From NCBI RefSeq assembly GCF_036321535.1, contig NC_087437.1, positions 84,012,001 to 84,076,000 of the forward strand: a stretch of DNA of 64,000 nucleotides, read 5' to 3'. Positions 13,874 to 28,640 of this stretch are shown here, in pieces (the first letter of the stretch is position 1; each line of letters opens with the position of its first letter). The notes under the pieces are model-generated. The model was not told the origin of the DNA. It did not search any database and worked only from the letters and a program-made list of their open reading frames with translations. Origin of the DNA: Camelus dromedarius. Its lineage: Eukaryota. The position numbers and the translations under genes were made by a program.

Positions 13874-14644
13874 CTAAAGTGAGACAGAGACAGAGAGTCC
13901 TTTTAAGAGCATGGAACCTAGTTTAAAACATGATTATGAAGAGGAAATGATTAGCCACAAGGCTAAAGTACGATAAAAATAAGTATGATTGTTCACTATA
14001 ATAGAGGAGTGCATTCTTGAATTTCTGTCTGAAAAAACAAAACAATTTTAAATTTCTTATCTTTTGTGAATTTGAAAAAGTTTTCTTATTAACAGATCCA
14101 ACAAAATATGGATTTAACTCAACTGTGTATTGCAGACAAAAGAAATGTAAAGATCTTCCTAAGCAGAATAACACCTTTGAGGAAGGACACTATACCTTAT
14201 TATTTTCTGACCTATACTATTTGATGGTATGAAGTACTAGTAACACAGTATGGTTTAATAAATCTCTTCAATAAATTTATAAAATAAATATTTTATAAAG
14301 TAGAACTATTTACTTAGTGAATATTAAAGTATAAGGAACTTACTAACATCCCTATTATTATTTTCCTAGAAAAGCTAATCTTCATTCTTTTAACAAAACA
14401 TCTTATTGTAAAGTGTTTTTAAAATACAATAAATAGTAACAAGAAAAAACAAGTGATCACTTCATATCCCCAAAATAACCACTTCTAAACTTTTAGAATT
14501 TAGCCTTCCAACTGCTTTCTCTAAACCTAGAAATAGGATTTATGATCTAAATACTGTTTATAATTCATTTAAATATTCATATTGGTTAATTTTCTCAGAA
14601 TCTATTATATAGTTCAATTAACAAATTCATTTGCTAAAGATTAT

Positions 14645-15152
14645 TGTGACAGACACTACAGGCCAACCTACTCAACACCAATTTTCAAATGTGTTCTTTG
14701 CTGTCATTTTCTCCTACAGGGATTTAAATGCACCAAACTTGATTTTCCAGCCTGCTTTGCAGTTATGGGTGGCTACAGGGCCAAGATCTGACTACTGAAA
14801 TCTAAACAAAAGTTTGCTAGTTATGGTTTGCTAGAAGCCTTTTCTTCCCCAGTGAAAAGGGACAGACAGAGGTATTGTCACCATTTTGTTGTACATCCTT
14901 CTCTCTGCTGTGATTGCTCCCGGGATGTGCAGCTTGCATCTTTGCAATCAGGAAAAAAGATGCCAAGAATCTTTGTATGACATTATAGAAATACAGAAAG
15001 ATCCAGAAGCCATGAATTATCACTGGATAGTTCAACCGCCTCCAGTGAGACTCTACCTCTGTTCTTGTTACATGAGAAAAATAAACTCCTTTTCCTTTAA
15101 GAAAACTCAGTCAGATTTTCTGTTTCTTTAGCCAAATGCATTCCTAACTGAT
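14645..15152 (+). mobile_element. MaLR solo LTR, old MLT1 (J/K/L-like)
   Basis: TG start; cagcctgctttgcagttatggg; AATAAA...cctttaag...ttttctgtt..tagcc...cattcctaactgata 3' end. Confidence 0.65.
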
Positions 15153-17080
15153 AGAATTATTTGCTTATCTTTATTCTCTGCATTTTCAGACTTAATTCCC
15201 TGGGAACCTCTCTATTGCTCAGAAAACAAAGACAACTACTGAATATTTATCCTAGTTAAAGAGGAAAGACGACTATTTACAGAACACTTTCTTTAGCCTA
15301 GAATTCCCCCAATTCAAACTTACTTCACTGTGATCATATGTTTGGTGATTTTTAGACTTAAACATGTCAATCTTCTTCCATTTGGGTCAAGAGAAGAAAA
15401 TAAAAACAAAACTTCCTAAGCCAAAGTATGGCTATGAAATCAAAAGAGACAGTACACATAAACATAAGTTTCTTTTTCTCATTTTTTTATTCATTTAGTC
15501 AGTCAACCAACATTTATTTGAAGGTCCATTACATGACACATACTGTATCTCAGAAAATATGGCAAACACTTTTGTGTTATTTCCTTCCTTCCTTTCTATT
15601 GATCTTAAACTATTCTAATAAGGGCTGGACTCTGACAGGCATTATGAAAACAGATCTAAATTGGATTATAGTTCTCTATTTTAGTTGGTAAAAGAAAGTG
15701 TCTCAGACCACAGAGGACTGATCATCTGTGGTCAGAAAAAAAAATTAAGCAATTTCCTACCAATACAGAACCCACAGGAAAAAAACTACAATAGGAGGAA
15801 AAAGAGGGAGACTATAGTACTTTTATTTAAACTGACTTGTGGAACCATTTGCTATTTAGTTACTTTTTCAACATAATGAAATGTTCACAGGTATAGGAAC
15901 GCATACTTACAATGTGAAGATGCAAACAAATGCATCAACAAAAATGTAGCTAATTTTCACTTAATAAGCAGATTAAACTCGTATTTCAACATTAAAATAA
16001 CAAATTGCTGTAGTTACAAAACATTAACTACAGATCTCAATAGTCCTGGGTCTGTTCTATTTCATGACAAGACCTCTCTATTCTTAAATATTTCTAATGG
16101 AGAATGGAGTATAAACTGACTTTATACACAAATGACTTTATCTATATACAAATCATCTCATGGAAAACTCTGGTGAAATACTTATGTACGGGTCCATCTT
16201 TAAAAAAATAAAAGCCAAATATCAAATTTTAAATTCTTTCTTTTCTTTGTATTATATTTGTACCATACTTTCAAATCATTCTTACTTGGTTGCCAGGATT
16301 TGTGCAGTAGGTTGCCAGGATTTGTGCAGTTCATCAAGACAAGTTTAAGAAAAATGTTTGATGAGTAAGAGTCAGTCTTTCTATTTTGATGGCTCAAATC
16401 AATTAAATTTTAGTTTCGTCTTATTGTACCAATCTATCCAGACTTTGACAACTGCTTTTGTATTGAATTTGCAAAGTTTTAAAGTAACAAGCATATGAAT
16501 TGAAAGCTAAACAGCTGGAATAAGTTGTTACTTGTTAGTGGTAGTGAAATATCTACAAAAGTCTAGATTTATTGTTTTTAACATGGAATCTCTGTAAATG
16601 ATACTCATGTGGAAATAATCCCTATTAACTTGAAATCTTAGCATTTTAATTATCCATTAAATTTAATTTAGTTTTGTACTGCTCATCCACAAATGAAATC
16701 TGGAATTGGAGGAACTAGAGAAACATAAAATTTGACCATTCCCCAAACTAGGTGAGACAATTTGTTTAGGTGATTTAAAATTCTTTAATTCATACTGTGT
16801 GTATGCATTTACATAAAAAATGATCATAATTTCATTTTCTCACAAATTAAGATTCACAATGCCTCACACTATTTCAGGAAAACTAAAAGCCTTAAATAGC
16901 CTTCATCACTTTAAAACTAAAAAAAAAAAAAATCTATCTACCTTAAAAGGATGATTTCTAAATGAGAAAACCATCTGTCTTCAGAGAATATTTCCTTCTC
17001 CCTTCAGATTTCAAGTATGGGCATATTAATCCAAAGCATCCAATTACTTTATCTAAGAACATAAAGTTTTATCATCTGGA

Positions 17081-17300
17081 CAGGGTTGGTAAACTATGGC
17101 CTGTGGGCCAAATCCAGCCCAATACCTGTTTCTGTAAGTAAAGTTTTATTAGCACATGGCCATGCTCCTTCATTTAAGTGTTGTCCAGGGCTGCTTTCCT
17201 GTTACAAGGGCAGAGTTTAGTAGTCTGACAGAGAATATATGGCCCACACAGCCATATACTTTATGATACTTGCTATCTGGCCTTTTATAGAAAAAGGTTA
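17081..17300 (+). mobile_element. hAT-Charlie MITE MER58A-like
   Basis: cagggttggtaaactatggcctgtgggccaaatccagccc...tatctggccttttatagaaaaag. Confidence 0.8.
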
Positions 17301-19304
17301 GATTATAAGGGGATACGTGAACTGATCTAGAATCTACCTGCATAGAATCCTCACATTGTTTATTTGGAATAAATATTGGAAACTGTCCTTTTATGTCACG
17401 AAAAAGCTCTGGTACCATACAGAAAACTACAAGGATGTCCCAACTTCATCCAAATAAGATGAATGAGAATGGTTCATCAGAATGAGAATCAGGAGCTATA
17501 GACCCTCAGTCCGAAGTCTATCTATCACACTATACTCTTCTCTCTAGCAACACACATCTTATCTTAATTTTTCTTCTTTCAACTTTGAGTGTCACAATTA
17601 TACTAAGATGGTATTCCTTAGAAAAGAGCTTTGATATAATCACACAAAATTCTATACCTTAAAGGTATTTTAAAATTCTACATCTTTTACAAACATATTA
17701 TTAAATATAAAATTTCCTAAATATAACAATGTTTTACATCTTTATATACTTTAGTAAATCATTATAAATGAAAAAAATTGGTTGTACTGTAAATGTGTTG
17801 TATTGCAAACTTTGTTTCTCTATGTATACATATCCCCTTTAAGTAGAAGGTGTTTAGTAAAGCATCATGAAAACTTAACTTAAAAGTCCATCCCTTTACT
17901 TAATCATGTAATCCTTTATTCAACAAATGTTTATGAAGGTCTCCCAGGTGCTAGGCACTGTATTAGGCCCTGAGGATACAGTAATGAATTCAATTTATTT
18001 CTAACTACAGAGCAGGAACTGTTTAGACTGGCCATGATAACAACTTTAAAGATTTGTTCTTTCAAGTAATTTTGACATGTTTTATAGTTCCCCCAAAACA
18101 CATCTCTAAGCCCTGCTCATAGTGTAGGCATGGTCATTAATAAATATACATTGATTCTGCTTAGCAGTTAACATCACCTTTTAAAACAAAATGCTGATCC
18201 TACAGGGTATTTTAATAATTGACTAGAGTGAAAATGTCAAAGTAATGTCAAAATAAAAGATACTTTAACTGTAAATATTAGGTAGTTTTATATCAATTCT
18301 AATCTACATATGCTATCTAATTAGAAAATGGCCACTAAGTTATCATGAAATTTAACTTGAAAAAATATTCAGTTATTCAATTATTCACCCATTCAATAAA
18401 CGACCCTGGGTAACTGGCATGAGCCAGGTTCTATTCTAAACACTGGGAATATAGTAAATAAAAATGACAGAAGTCTTTGCCTAAATGGAGCTCACATAAA
18501 AGTTGGTGAAAGACAGAAAATAAACATTTGAATAAAATGGAAAACGGTGATAAGTGTCATAAGAAAAAAAAAGAAGGCAGAAAATGGAGTTGGGAGTGGT
18601 GGACATGAAAAATTATAATTTTAACTTAAGTGGCCATGAAAAGTTTCCATGACCAAGTGCCATTTGAGCAAAGACCTGAAGGAGGTAACAAAAAAGAGAG
18701 GCCATGAGGCAGGAATGTCCCTGGGGTGTTTGGACAACAGAAAAAGACTACCATGGCTGGTGGAGTGGCTCAGGTTTTATGAAATACTTTTCTTTTGGAA
18801 TTGACAAAACACATGTATGTGAAGAACTGTACCAGAGAATATATGCATTTTAAATTTGAACCCTTCCTTCATTTTCTCTAAAATGTATAAAATGTGCCCT
18901 ATTATAAACATATAAACAATAAAAATACTTGTTTCAGGGTCAAGACCTAAGAGTTTGAAAGACCTAAGAATCTTTTTTTTAAGGAGACACTTTTGAGTTT
19001 CAGTATCCTCCTCTGATTTACAGACTCCAATTTAGGCAAGATTTGTGATAAGAGGCTAGAAAGGACAGCTCAAAAGCCTCCTGCAGTCTATACATGCACT
19101 GTGATGGCTCATCATATTTTCTATAGGGTCTGATAAAAAGCTACCTTAATCTTTGTGTCTAATCTTTATTTTCTGAGGTAGGTATGTTCCTGATTTGTAA
19201 TAGAGAAGAAAAGAGACTGGTATGAGTAAGTTGTGACTAAATAATTAGACTTTTATAACTACTGTTGCTCTCTTGGGGCCCAGGTTAAAAAGGCCATGTA
19301 CTAC

Positions 19305-19545
19305 CAATGGTTAGGAGTGCAGACTTCTGGGCCCAGACACCTAGCTACAAATTCTGGTTTGTCCATGTCTGGTTTGTAACAGGGATATTGGCATTTTACT
19401 TAGTCTCTTTGTGAGTCAGTTTCCTCATCTGGAAAATGCTTATACTGTCATATCTTATTAATAATAAGGTATTTTTACCTTACTGGGTTGGTTGATTTTA
19501 GGATTCAATGTAAGTGCTAAGGACAGTGTCTGACCCAGTAAGTGA
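19305..19545 (+). mobile_element. MIR SINE
   Basis: tggttaggagtgcagacttctgg...ttacttagtctctttgtgagtcagtttcctcatctggaaaatg core. Confidence 0.7.
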
Positions 19546-22500
19546 TTTTTAACTATATCACATTAAATGAAAGTTGAACTATATTGTTCCTAAGATCCAT
19601 CTGAACTCCAAAGAACAGATTCTTTCTTGAAACATTTCCTCAAACAGTATTAAAAATCATTAAGTCAAGTAGGAAGTCACTTAAAGAAGAAGCTGCTGTC
19701 CAATAAATGTCTAAAGACAATCAGGGCCATGGAGTGCAGCAGGTACAGAAAAATAAATGAAGGACTAGTTAAGAATTTTGTGACTTATCTTCAAATTTTT
19801 AAGGTCACATTCACTTTAAGTGCAGTCATTCAGATTAGCACTTCTGCCATGAGAAGAGCTGGCAGGCATTCTAATTTTCTGTTCTGCAGTGGTAGAGATA
19901 TATGCCCCGGAGCCTTGTCTTCCCTCATCTACCACACAGGTACCAAAATTCTGATGCATCTGTGAATTCACTTCCTGTTTTTAGCCTAGTAAAGCTATTC
20001 TCAGAGGAAGTCTCCTTTTCATATACCTGCAGTGATCTAACCAGATGCATATTAAACCTCTCCCCTCTGCTTTTTTTTTAACCTGAACTAATCGTTATTT
20101 GTACATCTCTATTTTCTAATATTTCCTCTGGGTATTGTGTTAAGATAAAACACAGCTTTATGATGCCCTTTCCAATCAACATCAGACTATTTGTTTCAAG
20201 ATAGTAATTAACTTCCTGCTTAATTTGTCACACTTAATTTGAAATTAGGCATGCAAGGCTATTAAAAACTGTGGTTGTGGTGTTTGCATCTGGCTGAGGC
20301 AGTAGCCACTGGCAGCCTTGATTTATCACTCTTCATTTAAATTCTTGTGCCAATGATTTTAGTTCCTAAATGCTGTGACTGGCATTTATGGATTTCAAAG
20401 TCAAAGTGAAAATAAGCTACAGTTAAGAACTCAACAGCTCAGATCGATGAAGAACGGTTTTATAACTGAACACCCTGCAGTTAAATCCTAGGGGCTTGAC
20501 CAAAAAGTGCTTAGTGCTCAGAGATGTTGCTGTGGGAAGACGAGCATCCCACTCTAATGGCTGTTTATAAATCACTATCAAAACTGTGCATCTTGTAACA
20601 GTGCCATGTAAATTTCCTCCCCATGGAAGTTATTTTTTGCTAAGCCTGCTTCCTTAAAAGAACCACTCCCCACTCTGCCACCACCAAAGTAAGCTTCTTC
20701 TTCTGACAAATCTCTTCCTTGATATTCAAATCTTTTTATCCAGCGCTGCTCATGTTTGAGGAAGCAGAATAGAACATTGCTACTAAGACCTAGTCCATAA
20801 TTCTGTGTGCAAATTGTTTCCTAAATTGAATGAGCATGATTCTATAACTTTCTTATCAAAGACTGACTGTGGTAAATCTTGATTCAGTGAAAGTTTCTTC
20901 AGATATGCACATGAAGAATTAGGCTTTTTGAAAACCTGGCCAGCAAAAAGTTTTTTGAAAATTTGTTCCTCTCCTACAAGGCTTCATAATCTCAAGGTTC
21001 AACACTCCTTATATGGCCAATCCAAATGCTATCCTTCCTTTAGGGTAAAGCTCCTCCAGGAAGCATTCCAGCTCAATTAAGCTTTCCTCCTCTGAACTAC
21101 AGCCTTTGTGTTCTGAATCTTATAATTTAAGCACTTAACTGAAAAAATGTTTCCTTTTATTTTTTGCTAGCCTTTTTCAGTCTGCTAGCCTTGTCTCCCC
21201 AATTAGAGTAAAGGAAGGCATTTGAGGAAGCCACATTAACCTCTTTCTTTCTTACCAGTAGTATATGATGGGCCACATGGCTTAATGAATGTTTGTTCAT
21301 TCATTTATTAAGCAAATATTTACTGAGCTTTATACCTAGTACTCTTCAGTTCTCCAGGGATAGAGTAGCCTGATCAATAAAATATAGTGGAAAAGTCCAG
21401 CCCTCATGGAGCTTAAATTCTGTTGTTGAAAGACCAAATTATATTTGGAATTTATTACATCATGGAAATAAGTAACAGAATAAAGAACATATGCAAATCA
21501 GTTCAAAGAGTGACTTAGATACAAACTTGAGAAATAAACATACGGTCAAAACAAGAGGTAACCAAAAATCAAATACGAGGAGGAGGAGAAAGGAGAGGGT
21601 GGGGGAGGGGTAAACAAAGAAAAAGAGTCTACAGTGACAGACCAGAGTGTGAGGGGGGAAGAAGTAAAGAAAAAGAGTGAACAACAATCTTATTTTTATT
21701 CTTAAACCATGAAAACTGTATCTATTTACATAAACAAGTATTTAATGTGACATAATAATGTACTTATTTTTCAATAATACATAATTTCCAATAATGTATT
21801 TATTTTCCAAAAACCATAAAGATTTTTATTTCTTCTCACTAGAGTAAAGTGATATGGACTTGAACATGGGATGAAATGTTACTAAGATACTTCTCCTTTA
21901 CCTCTAAAAACAACTGTACAACCTGAAGTCACCACGGTAAACTTTCAATAATCCTGCGAAGTATTACAGTGTAAGACCTACAGCAAGAGCTGTATGCTTG
22001 GAAAGTTGGTGAGACTTTTAGGAGAAGGTTTCTTTTTACTGAGGTGTCAAAAAGAGTTTTGCATGTTCACAAACTGTGTTGTTTTCTTATTTTTATTACA
22101 TCAAGTCTTGAAGTTATATAGAAAACTGATTTTAAATATGAAAAGACTGCACATAGAAGGCTCATCATGTTATCCAATGCAATATCTTTATTCTGCCAAT
22201 GAAGAATCTGAGGTCCAGGAAGAGTACATAACTTGCCTGAATTTACACAGCTGGATAGCAGCAGTTTAGGGACTAGAACTTGGAGTTGATCAGATTATGA
22301 CCATTTGTTTGACTTGCCTTTCTCTTTGACTAAACTACTGGACATTTCAAGAGAAAAAAAAAAGAATGGCATTATGAGTTATAAATTCATGAGAATGCAG
22401 ATGGTAAATAGCAGACAAAACTATATATACACAGGAGATGGAATTTCAGGCACCAGAGATTTATAAGAACAAATAAACAATAATCTCTCCTGCATATTTT

Positions 22501-23217
22501 CAGGGTGTTCCTGCTTAGGTTTACACAACTGAACACTAGGCCTTTGGCAGTTCTGTTCCAGGATGTTGAATTGATGAATAGAATGCTTATTGTCCTAAGT
22601 GAGCACTTTATGACTAAGGGGCAAAAGTATTTCAGTGTTAAAGCTTTAAAAGGTTCACTTTAAGTATAGTAGAAATTGTGTGTGTGTGGGGGGGGGGTAA
22701 ATGTATATATGTCTATATCCATACCCTTAATTCACTAATTTATTTAGTGAATATTTAATATATAGATTTTATATGAAATACGCTATGTTAGGCCTTGAGG
22801 ATATAAACATTTATGGTTAATCCAATAGAAAAAACATTCCAACTGACAGCAGTTGGAATGCAGAGCATAGTAAATACTGTGAGAGGGTAAATATAAGGAG
22901 ATATCAAAGGACATTCAGGGCCAAAGCATAAAGAACCTTACAAGTCACTTTAGGAGACTAACCAACCATATTACTACCACACAGAGAGGAACAGTGTCAA
23001 CATTAGAAAATTTTGCCATTCATTTTCTTATGACTATATGTGTACATCAGTTTACGTAATTGGGTGATAATGTATATAGAGTTTTTAATCCTGCAGCACT
23101 TACAATATTGTCAGCATTATTCCCATTCAACTTAACATTCCAAACATATTTATTTTTCTTAGTTATCTAATAATTGAGCAAAAATGATATTAGCGTCTTT
23201 TGACCCTAGAATTATAG

Positions 23218-24640
23218 TTATGGGTTAATATCTAAAATATCTAAACAGCTCATACAACTCAACATCAAACAAACAAACAACCTGATGGGGACAGAAGACC
23301 TGAACAGACATTTTTCCAAAGAGGACATGCAGATAGCCAACAGGCACATGAAATGATGTTCAATATCGCTAACCATCAGGGGAATGCAAATCAAAACCAC
23401 AATGAGGTATCACCTCAAACCTATCAGAATTTCTATCATCAAAAAGAACACAAACAACAAATGTTGGCACGGATGTAAAGAAAAGGCAACCCCCATACAC
23501 TGCTGATGGGAATGTAAATTGGTACACTCACTCTGGAAAACAGTATAGAGATTTCTCAAAAAACTATAAATAGAACTACCATTTGGTATATATCCTGGGT
23601 ATATATCCAAAAGAAACAAAAACAGTATTCCATTGTATAAATATACCACATCTTCTTTATCTAGTCATTTGCAGCAACATGGATGTTACTGGAGAATGTC
23701 ATTCTACGTGAAGTAAGCCAGAAAGAGAAAGAAAAATACCATATGAGATCGCTCATATGCGGAATCAAAAAAAAAAAAAAAGATACAAAACAGACTCATA
23801 GGCATAGAATACAAACTTGTAGTTGCCAGGGGGATGGGGTTTGGGAAGGGACTGGGATTTCAAAATGTAGAACAGATAAACAAGATTGTACTGTGTAGCA
23901 CAGGGACATATATACAGGATCTTTGGTGGCTCACAGTGAAAGAGAATGTGACAATGAATGTATGTATGTTCATGTATAATTGAAAAATTGTGCTCTACAC
24001 TGGAATTTGACACAACATTGTAAAATGACTATAACTTAATAAAAAAAAAGCTTAAAAAAACAAAAACAAAAACACTAATTTAAAAGGATATATGCACCCC
24101 AATGTTCATAGCAGCATTATGTATAATTGCCAAGATATGGAAGCAAACTAAGTGTCCATCGATAGATGAATGGATAAAGAAGATTTGGTATGCATATACA
24201 ATGGAGTACTACTCAGCTATAAAAAAAACAAAATTTTGCCATTTGCAACAATGTGGATGGGCTTGGAGGATACTATGCTAAGTGGAATAAGTCAGACAGA
24301 AAGACAAATACTATATGATATCATTTATATGTAGAATCTAAAAATACAACAAACTAGTGAATATAACAAAAAAGAAACAGACTCACAGATATAGAGAACA
24401 AATTAGTGGTTACCAGTGGGTAGAGGGAAGGGAGGAGGAGCATTATAGGGGTAGGGAATTAGGAAGTACAAACTATTATGTATAAAATAAGCTACAATGA
24501 TATATTGTACAATACAGGGACTATAGCTACATAATAACTATAAATGGAGCATAATATTTAAAAATTGTGAATCACTATATTGTATATCTGTAATTTATAT
24601 AACACTGTACATCAACCATTATCTCAATAAAAAATAAAGT
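23218..24640 (+). mobile_element. L1 ORF2 3' end plus 3'-UTR (host element), interrupted by a younger L1
   Basis: Canonical gaaatgcaaatcaaaaccacaatgaggtatcacctc, caatgttcatagcagcatt and polyA signal/tail near 24626-24645. Confidence 0.9.
23625..24063 (+). mobile_element. Nested young L1 3' end with short 5' inversion
   Basis: TSD aaacaaaaaca at 23614-23624 and 24064-24074. ~23625-23666 is antisense L1; ~23667-24063 is sense with an A-tail. Confidence 0.85.
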
Positions 24641-27600
24641 AAAAATATACTTTTCCCTACAAAATCAATACCCTATTGGCCAGATTTATTTCAAATAAAG
24701 GGTGACTCTTCCCATATTCTTTCTGTGGTGCTTCTGATACCATGATAAGCTGCAATGGATTTAAAAGTGACATGAAGACAGGTTTATGATTTCATTCCCT
24801 CTTCCTGAAACTGTGAGCCACCACAAGGGGGAAAGGAAAAGTGTATGGAAGTAGAGAATAAAATTCAAATTAATAAGAGAAATGAAAGTAATTGAACACT
24901 TATAGGAAACAGTTTAGAAAAAGATATTGAGTTCTAGATCATGGTACAAGAATGAGGATTTTTACCTTAAAAGATCATCAAAACTTTAATTCTTCACATA
25001 TAAAGAAAGAGGGTACATCAAGGATGTATTATAATAAAAGGACCATCAGAATTTAATGCAATTAGATTACTTTTTACATTTCATCTACCATGGATTTTTA
25101 ATTGAGAAAATTAGAGTAAAAATTACATATTAACAATTTATTTTTAAATTTTATTTCTAACAAAGAAATAAATTATTTTTTATAAGGTCACTATATCTAA
25201 TATTTGCTTTCAAAATATCAATAAATTGTATGATATGACATTTATAAGAAACTATTTTTACAATTTTATTAAATCAATAATTTAAAGCAATACTTTTTAA
25301 TGAGATTTGAACATAAACCTCTAAAACTTTTTCCCATTATAGTTTATTTAAATTTGATATAAGCAAATAATCTCCTTATTCTAATTTATGCTACATAAAA
25401 TGTGCTAATTATTGAATATTTCAAAATGTGTTATATATTTTTAGCATGACTGTGTTGGATTTAGCTTAGTCATATAAAACAAGGTTCAAGCACCCTGTAA
25501 TATTTTCACATGGAATTTCATTTTGTGAATTTTACCAAAAAATTTTTTAAAACTAGATAATTTAAAAAAGACAAACACTTTCCTGTTTTAAGGATCTGGG
25601 TCACAAAAGTTTGAGCTACAAGAGTGACTAAACCCAACATTTGCTCATCATCAGTAACTGCACAATAATTAATTTTGTTTCTTTGTATGAATGTTCCATG
25701 GAGGCACCATTACTGTGCCAGAAGAACATGGTGGAAGCATTCAAATTTTGAACAGCTTTCTGGATTCCATGACTCTCATTCTCCTTTTGGACAGGTCTTC
25801 TCCTCTGGAGCGTACATTGCTTTAGCAGGCATTTAAGAGAATGACTGAGAGGCCCTCAGATTATCCAGAAATTACATCCAAGAAGTATGTCTTGAAGAAT
25901 CCTTGGTCTGATATACTGTCACTCCTCCTGTGACACCCTTAAGATTTGTGACCACTAATGCAAAACACTTCTAAAGTCCATTAGAAACACAGAATTGCAG
26001 AACAGTGGAAGAAGTTGGGTTGGGGGTTGATAAACTGGCAAATAATAAGTGAGATAAATAAAAGTTATCTAACTAGAATGTTCTACTGATGGTCTTCCCA
26101 TCTACAAAGAGTGATAGTGCAGACAAAGGGACTTTCTATCTCCTTAAGTGCAATTTATTTTTTTGTATTTTCTTCTTAAATAGGTTAATAGGCAGAAGGA
26201 AAGTTTTAGGTGAAATATATAGAATACCAGCCTAAAAGAGTCAGTTAAAAGATACAGGGGGACTGGAATTCCTTCTTAGATATCTTTGAAATGGGATAAA
26301 AATAATATTTATTTGTAACATATAAATATATTTATCTATATAATGTTATTTATAACATTTATATTTATATCTTGCCTGATGACTTGTACTTGAAGTCTGA
26401 ATTCTCTTGGGATTCTTTAAGGCATATGAAAATTGTCACCTTGTAAGTATAAAACTAATATGAGTTGGCGGTGGTTAGGTTAATAAACTTCAGATGGTGG
26501 AAAGTAGTTTATTTTAGGACACAATTTTGCATGTCAGTTATCTTTAAATTTAAATATATAATTAAGTAGCACTTCAAATAGAGTTTTATTGTTCTGCTCT
26601 TAATACAAGTATCTCACATTTTGTAAAATAGCTAAATAAAAACAGCAGTTGAACATTTTAAATATTCAAAACTGTTCAGCACATTAAATATTTACTCTCA
26701 TAAAAGCAGAATGAGGACCCTATTCCCAATTTCTAGATATCTAAATGTGTAATTCACATCTACAACTGACCAACACATTTATCTTTATGAGAAGTAATAA
26801 AAAAAACTTAAAAGTATAAAATTATGATAGGACGTAAATAGAAAATAAACATCAAAATATAACCTAAACCCATAGAAAATAGTCATTCAATATTTATATA
26901 AAAAAAGCCTTGAAATAGGAAGTCAAAAACAGAGGGCATTATTTCACTTGAGAATTATAAAGTAAAAGGTAATCACATCTTAGAGATTTAGTGATTCAGC
27001 AGAAAAGTAAAATAAATTTTTTAAAGACAAAATGAAATAGAATAAAAAGTACATTTCTATTCACATAGTTACATTTATCATTCTTGGAATATTCATTTAT
27101 TTGCTTCAGTGAAAGATTACTTAAGAAATATGTAAAGGGGACAACTACTTGAAAGGATGAATACAAATAATCCAATGAGTCATGGCATAATTATTTTCAG
27201 GGAAAAAAAGAACTTTTCTATCTTAGGGTGCACCTTGGAAGTGACTCAGTAGGACAGTACAGAGCAGAGCACAAAGGGATCAACAGCTACGAAACCTACT
27301 CTTAGGTCTATCAGAATGTCAAAATAATTAGAATAGCATTAGGCAAATTTTACAACTACCTTTCAATTTTTTGTTTTTAATCTTTCATTACCAAAAGCTT
27401 TGTTCATTGTCTAACAGAATAAATATGTGGTAAAACAACTAGTCTCTTTCATAAAAATAGAAAAGTGAAATGTCAACATTCACTATCATCTCACTAGTTA
27501 ATCATTTATTACTTTATGCATATTTTAAGGGCTTGTGTACTAACTAATATTTCAGGCACTCAGTTCTTGAAAATGTATATTAAATCAGATATCATAAGTT

Positions 27601-27839
27601 TAATTTAGTCTTTTTTACTTAGCCAAGCTCTCATTTCCAAACCTTAAAGAAGGAAAAGACTGCTGACTTCTCCATAGTGTACACCACATCTCAAACACTC
27701 AAACATGCATCTTTCTTTCACTACACGGCATGCAGAATGGTACGTGGCACATCACAGTTACTGAATATAGTTTTTTTGCTGACTAATCCACAAAGGTAAA
27801 TGGGAACAACAGTGACATCACTATGTTATAAAATGTTTT

Positions 27840-28640
27840 CAGAGCTGGTTTCATGAGTGTGACTTACACAGCTGCATAGCTCCCTAACCCCGCTTAGGGT
27901 TTAATGCTCAGCTGTTGCCATCTTGAAATTCTTAATAATTTTACCTTTAACTCATGTTTTGTAAGTGAAGTCTGCTGGGACAATGGAGCACGCACTGGGA
28001 GCTTGAATCCCCGGCTCTAGGCAAAGTCTAGGCTCTGGCCACCTACCCCACCATAGCCCTCTGGATGTGTTTTTCCTGCACACTCTCCTGCTCTCCGCCA
28101 TACAGTCTTGCAATTCCTGCCCTGTTCCTTGATTGCTGCCACTCTCCACCTGGGTTAAATGACTATGTTAACTTCTGAGGACAGAGGACCACATTCCTGG
28201 GTTGTCCCTTGTCTCCAGTGGGGTCCCTCTCTTCCTTTTTCCAAACTTTCTGAGTCTTACACTTGTCTGTTCTGGTCTACTTGAGACACCCTTGGGGACT
28301 GGGGATGGGGAGTGGTGCGGGACTATAGGAAAAGAACTGTGTGATTTTTATGATTCCACATGAGTTAAATGCTCTTATGTTTACATTTAAAAGAAGCATT
28401 GAGCAATATAAAGACAAATGGTAAAGTGTATGGTAATAATTTGAAATTTACTTTTTCTTTACTTAAAAGGACATTAAATGGCAATTAAAAAAGCACCATT
28501 ACAAATTGAGAGAGAGAAATTGCAGAAGGAAAAAGCTTTATATTTTAGTACCTTTAACGGCCCTTTTTTCCTGCTTTTTGAACAAAAGGTCCTGCAGTTT
28601 CATTTTTCACTGGGCATCACAAATTATGTAGCTGGAACTG
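27840..28640 (+). mobile_element. hAT-Tip100 non-autonomous element (MER45B/C-like)
   Basis: MER45 termini (cagagctggtttcatgagtgtg...gccatcttgaaattcttaataatttt; tttcactgggcatcacaaattatgtagctggaactg). 8-bp TSD aatgtttt/actgtttt. Confidence 0.8.

Noticed and set aside
23218..24013. Several 60-82 aa ORFs (also 45756-46845 and 53747-54527)
   Set aside because: Sense and antisense debris of degenerate L1 elements.
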